A stretch of 64,000 nucleotides of DNA from Rubripirellula sp. (GTDB taxonomy: Bacteria; Planctomycetota; Planctomycetia; Pirellulales; Pirellulaceae), in NCBI GenBank assembly GCA_965216875.1, contig OZ244207.1, positions 7,136,001 through 7,200,000 of the forward strand, read 5' to 3'. Positions 63,162-64,000 of the stretch are shown here, piece by piece. The notes below the pieces were generated by a model. It was given only the letters and a program-made list of their open reading frames with translations, was not told the origin of the DNA and did no database searches. Positions within the stretch are counted from its first letter, which is position 1. Every line of letters begins with the position of its first letter. The translations under genes and the position numbers were made by a program.

Positions 63162-64000
63162 TTGAACTCAAAAGAAAACCTCCGCATTGGATTGCCAAGC
63201 AAAGGACGACTCAGCGAAGTCGCGGGCGATCTACTCAAGCAGGCTGGCCTGCGCTATAGCCGCCAAAGCCGTGGCTTATTTGCCAAAGTCAGTGGCCTGC
63301 CGATCGACCTGATCTTCCTACGCACCGACGACATCCCCACGCTTTGCGCCGAAGGTGCGATCGACATGGGAATCACCGGCAGCGACTTGGTCGCCGAATC
63401 GAACGGTGACGTCAACGTTCGCATGAACCTTGGGGTTGGCCGATGTCGCTTGGCCGTCTGCGTCCCCGATGATTCCGAGTACACATCGCCCTCGCAGCTT
63501 GACGGGAAGAGTTTGGCGACGAGCTTTCCCAACATCACCGAGACCTATTTGCAAAAGCACGGCGCCGCGGCACATCTGGTTTCGCTTTCGGGAAGCGTCG
63601 AGGTGATGATTCAACTTGGCGTTGCCGACGCGATCGTCGACTTGGTCGAAACGGGCAGCACGTTGGCCGCCAATCGCTTGCGAATTCTTGACGAGATCGG
63701 TTCCTACGAAACGGTGCTGATCCAAAACGAGCGTTGCCGCGACAGTGAAACGGCTGATCGCGTCGTCAGGCGGCTTGAGGGTGTTGTGATCGCGCGCGAT
63801 TACTCGCTGCTGGAGTACAACATTCCAAAAGCAAAGTTGTCCGACGCCGAAGCGATCACGCCAGGATTCAATTCGCCAACGGTCAACGCTCTGGAAGATC
63901 CAGATTGGTGTAGCGTGAGTGTGATGGTCAAACGCAAAGAAGTGATCGGCGTGATGGAGCAACTTGAGTCGCTCGGCGCATCGGCCATCTTCGAGATGAC
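63162..64000 (+). CDS. hisG: ATP phosphoribosyltransferase, long form; last codons outside window
   Basis: Manual translation from TTG 63162: LRIGLPSKGRL, RTDDIP, GITGSD, SGSVE, ADAIVDLVETGSTL, TPGFNSPTV. Confidence 0.96.
   Translation, partial: MNSKENLRIGLPSKGRLSEVAGDLLKQAGLRYSRQSRGLFAKVSGLPIDLIFLRTDDIPTLCAEGAIDMGITGSDLVAESNGDVNVRMNLGVGRCRLAVCVPDDSEYTSPSQLDGKSLATSFPNITETYLQKHGAAAHLVSLSGSVEVMIQLGVADAIVDLVETGSTLAANRLRILDEIGSYETVLIQNERCRDSETADRVVRRLEGVVIARDYSLLEYNIPKAKLSDAEAITPGFNSPTVNALEDPDWCSVSVMVKRKEVIGVMEQLESLGASAIFEM

Overview
Chromosomal window of about 57% GC (estimated by eye) from a planctomycete, most likely Pirellulaceae (Rhodopirellula/Stieleria-like). The assignment rests on two DUF1549/DUF1553 + DUF1501 modules, a QW-repeat prenyltransferase-like protein, SHD1 and GYF_2 proteins and an NPY-motif membrane protein. 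Housekeeping genes are carB, dus, galM, hemG, fpr, glgC, rpe, xseB-ispA-dxs, thrS, hisH and hisE-hisG. I found no tRNA, rRNA, CRISPR array, transposase or prophage. Intergenic regions are densely filled with several different REP-like palindrome families. Four genes are missing from the ORF track or mis-started in it: a membrane-anchored caspase-fold protein running off the left edge, a 58-aa NPY membrane protein, a 29-aa bS22/mS38-like basic protein and hisG. The most interesting observations are: (i) an ECF sigma/anti-sigma pair whose putative sensor is a degenerate paralogue of the CxxCH protein encoded at the head of the same operon; (ii) an orphan minus-strand sRNA candidate of about 115 nt with repeated CUGCCCC loops between carB and a sigma54 activator; (iii) a highly structured non-coding stretch of about 300 nt after galM; (iv) the caspase-like and bS22-like genes. 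All family assignments come from motif recognition by eye, not from database searches.
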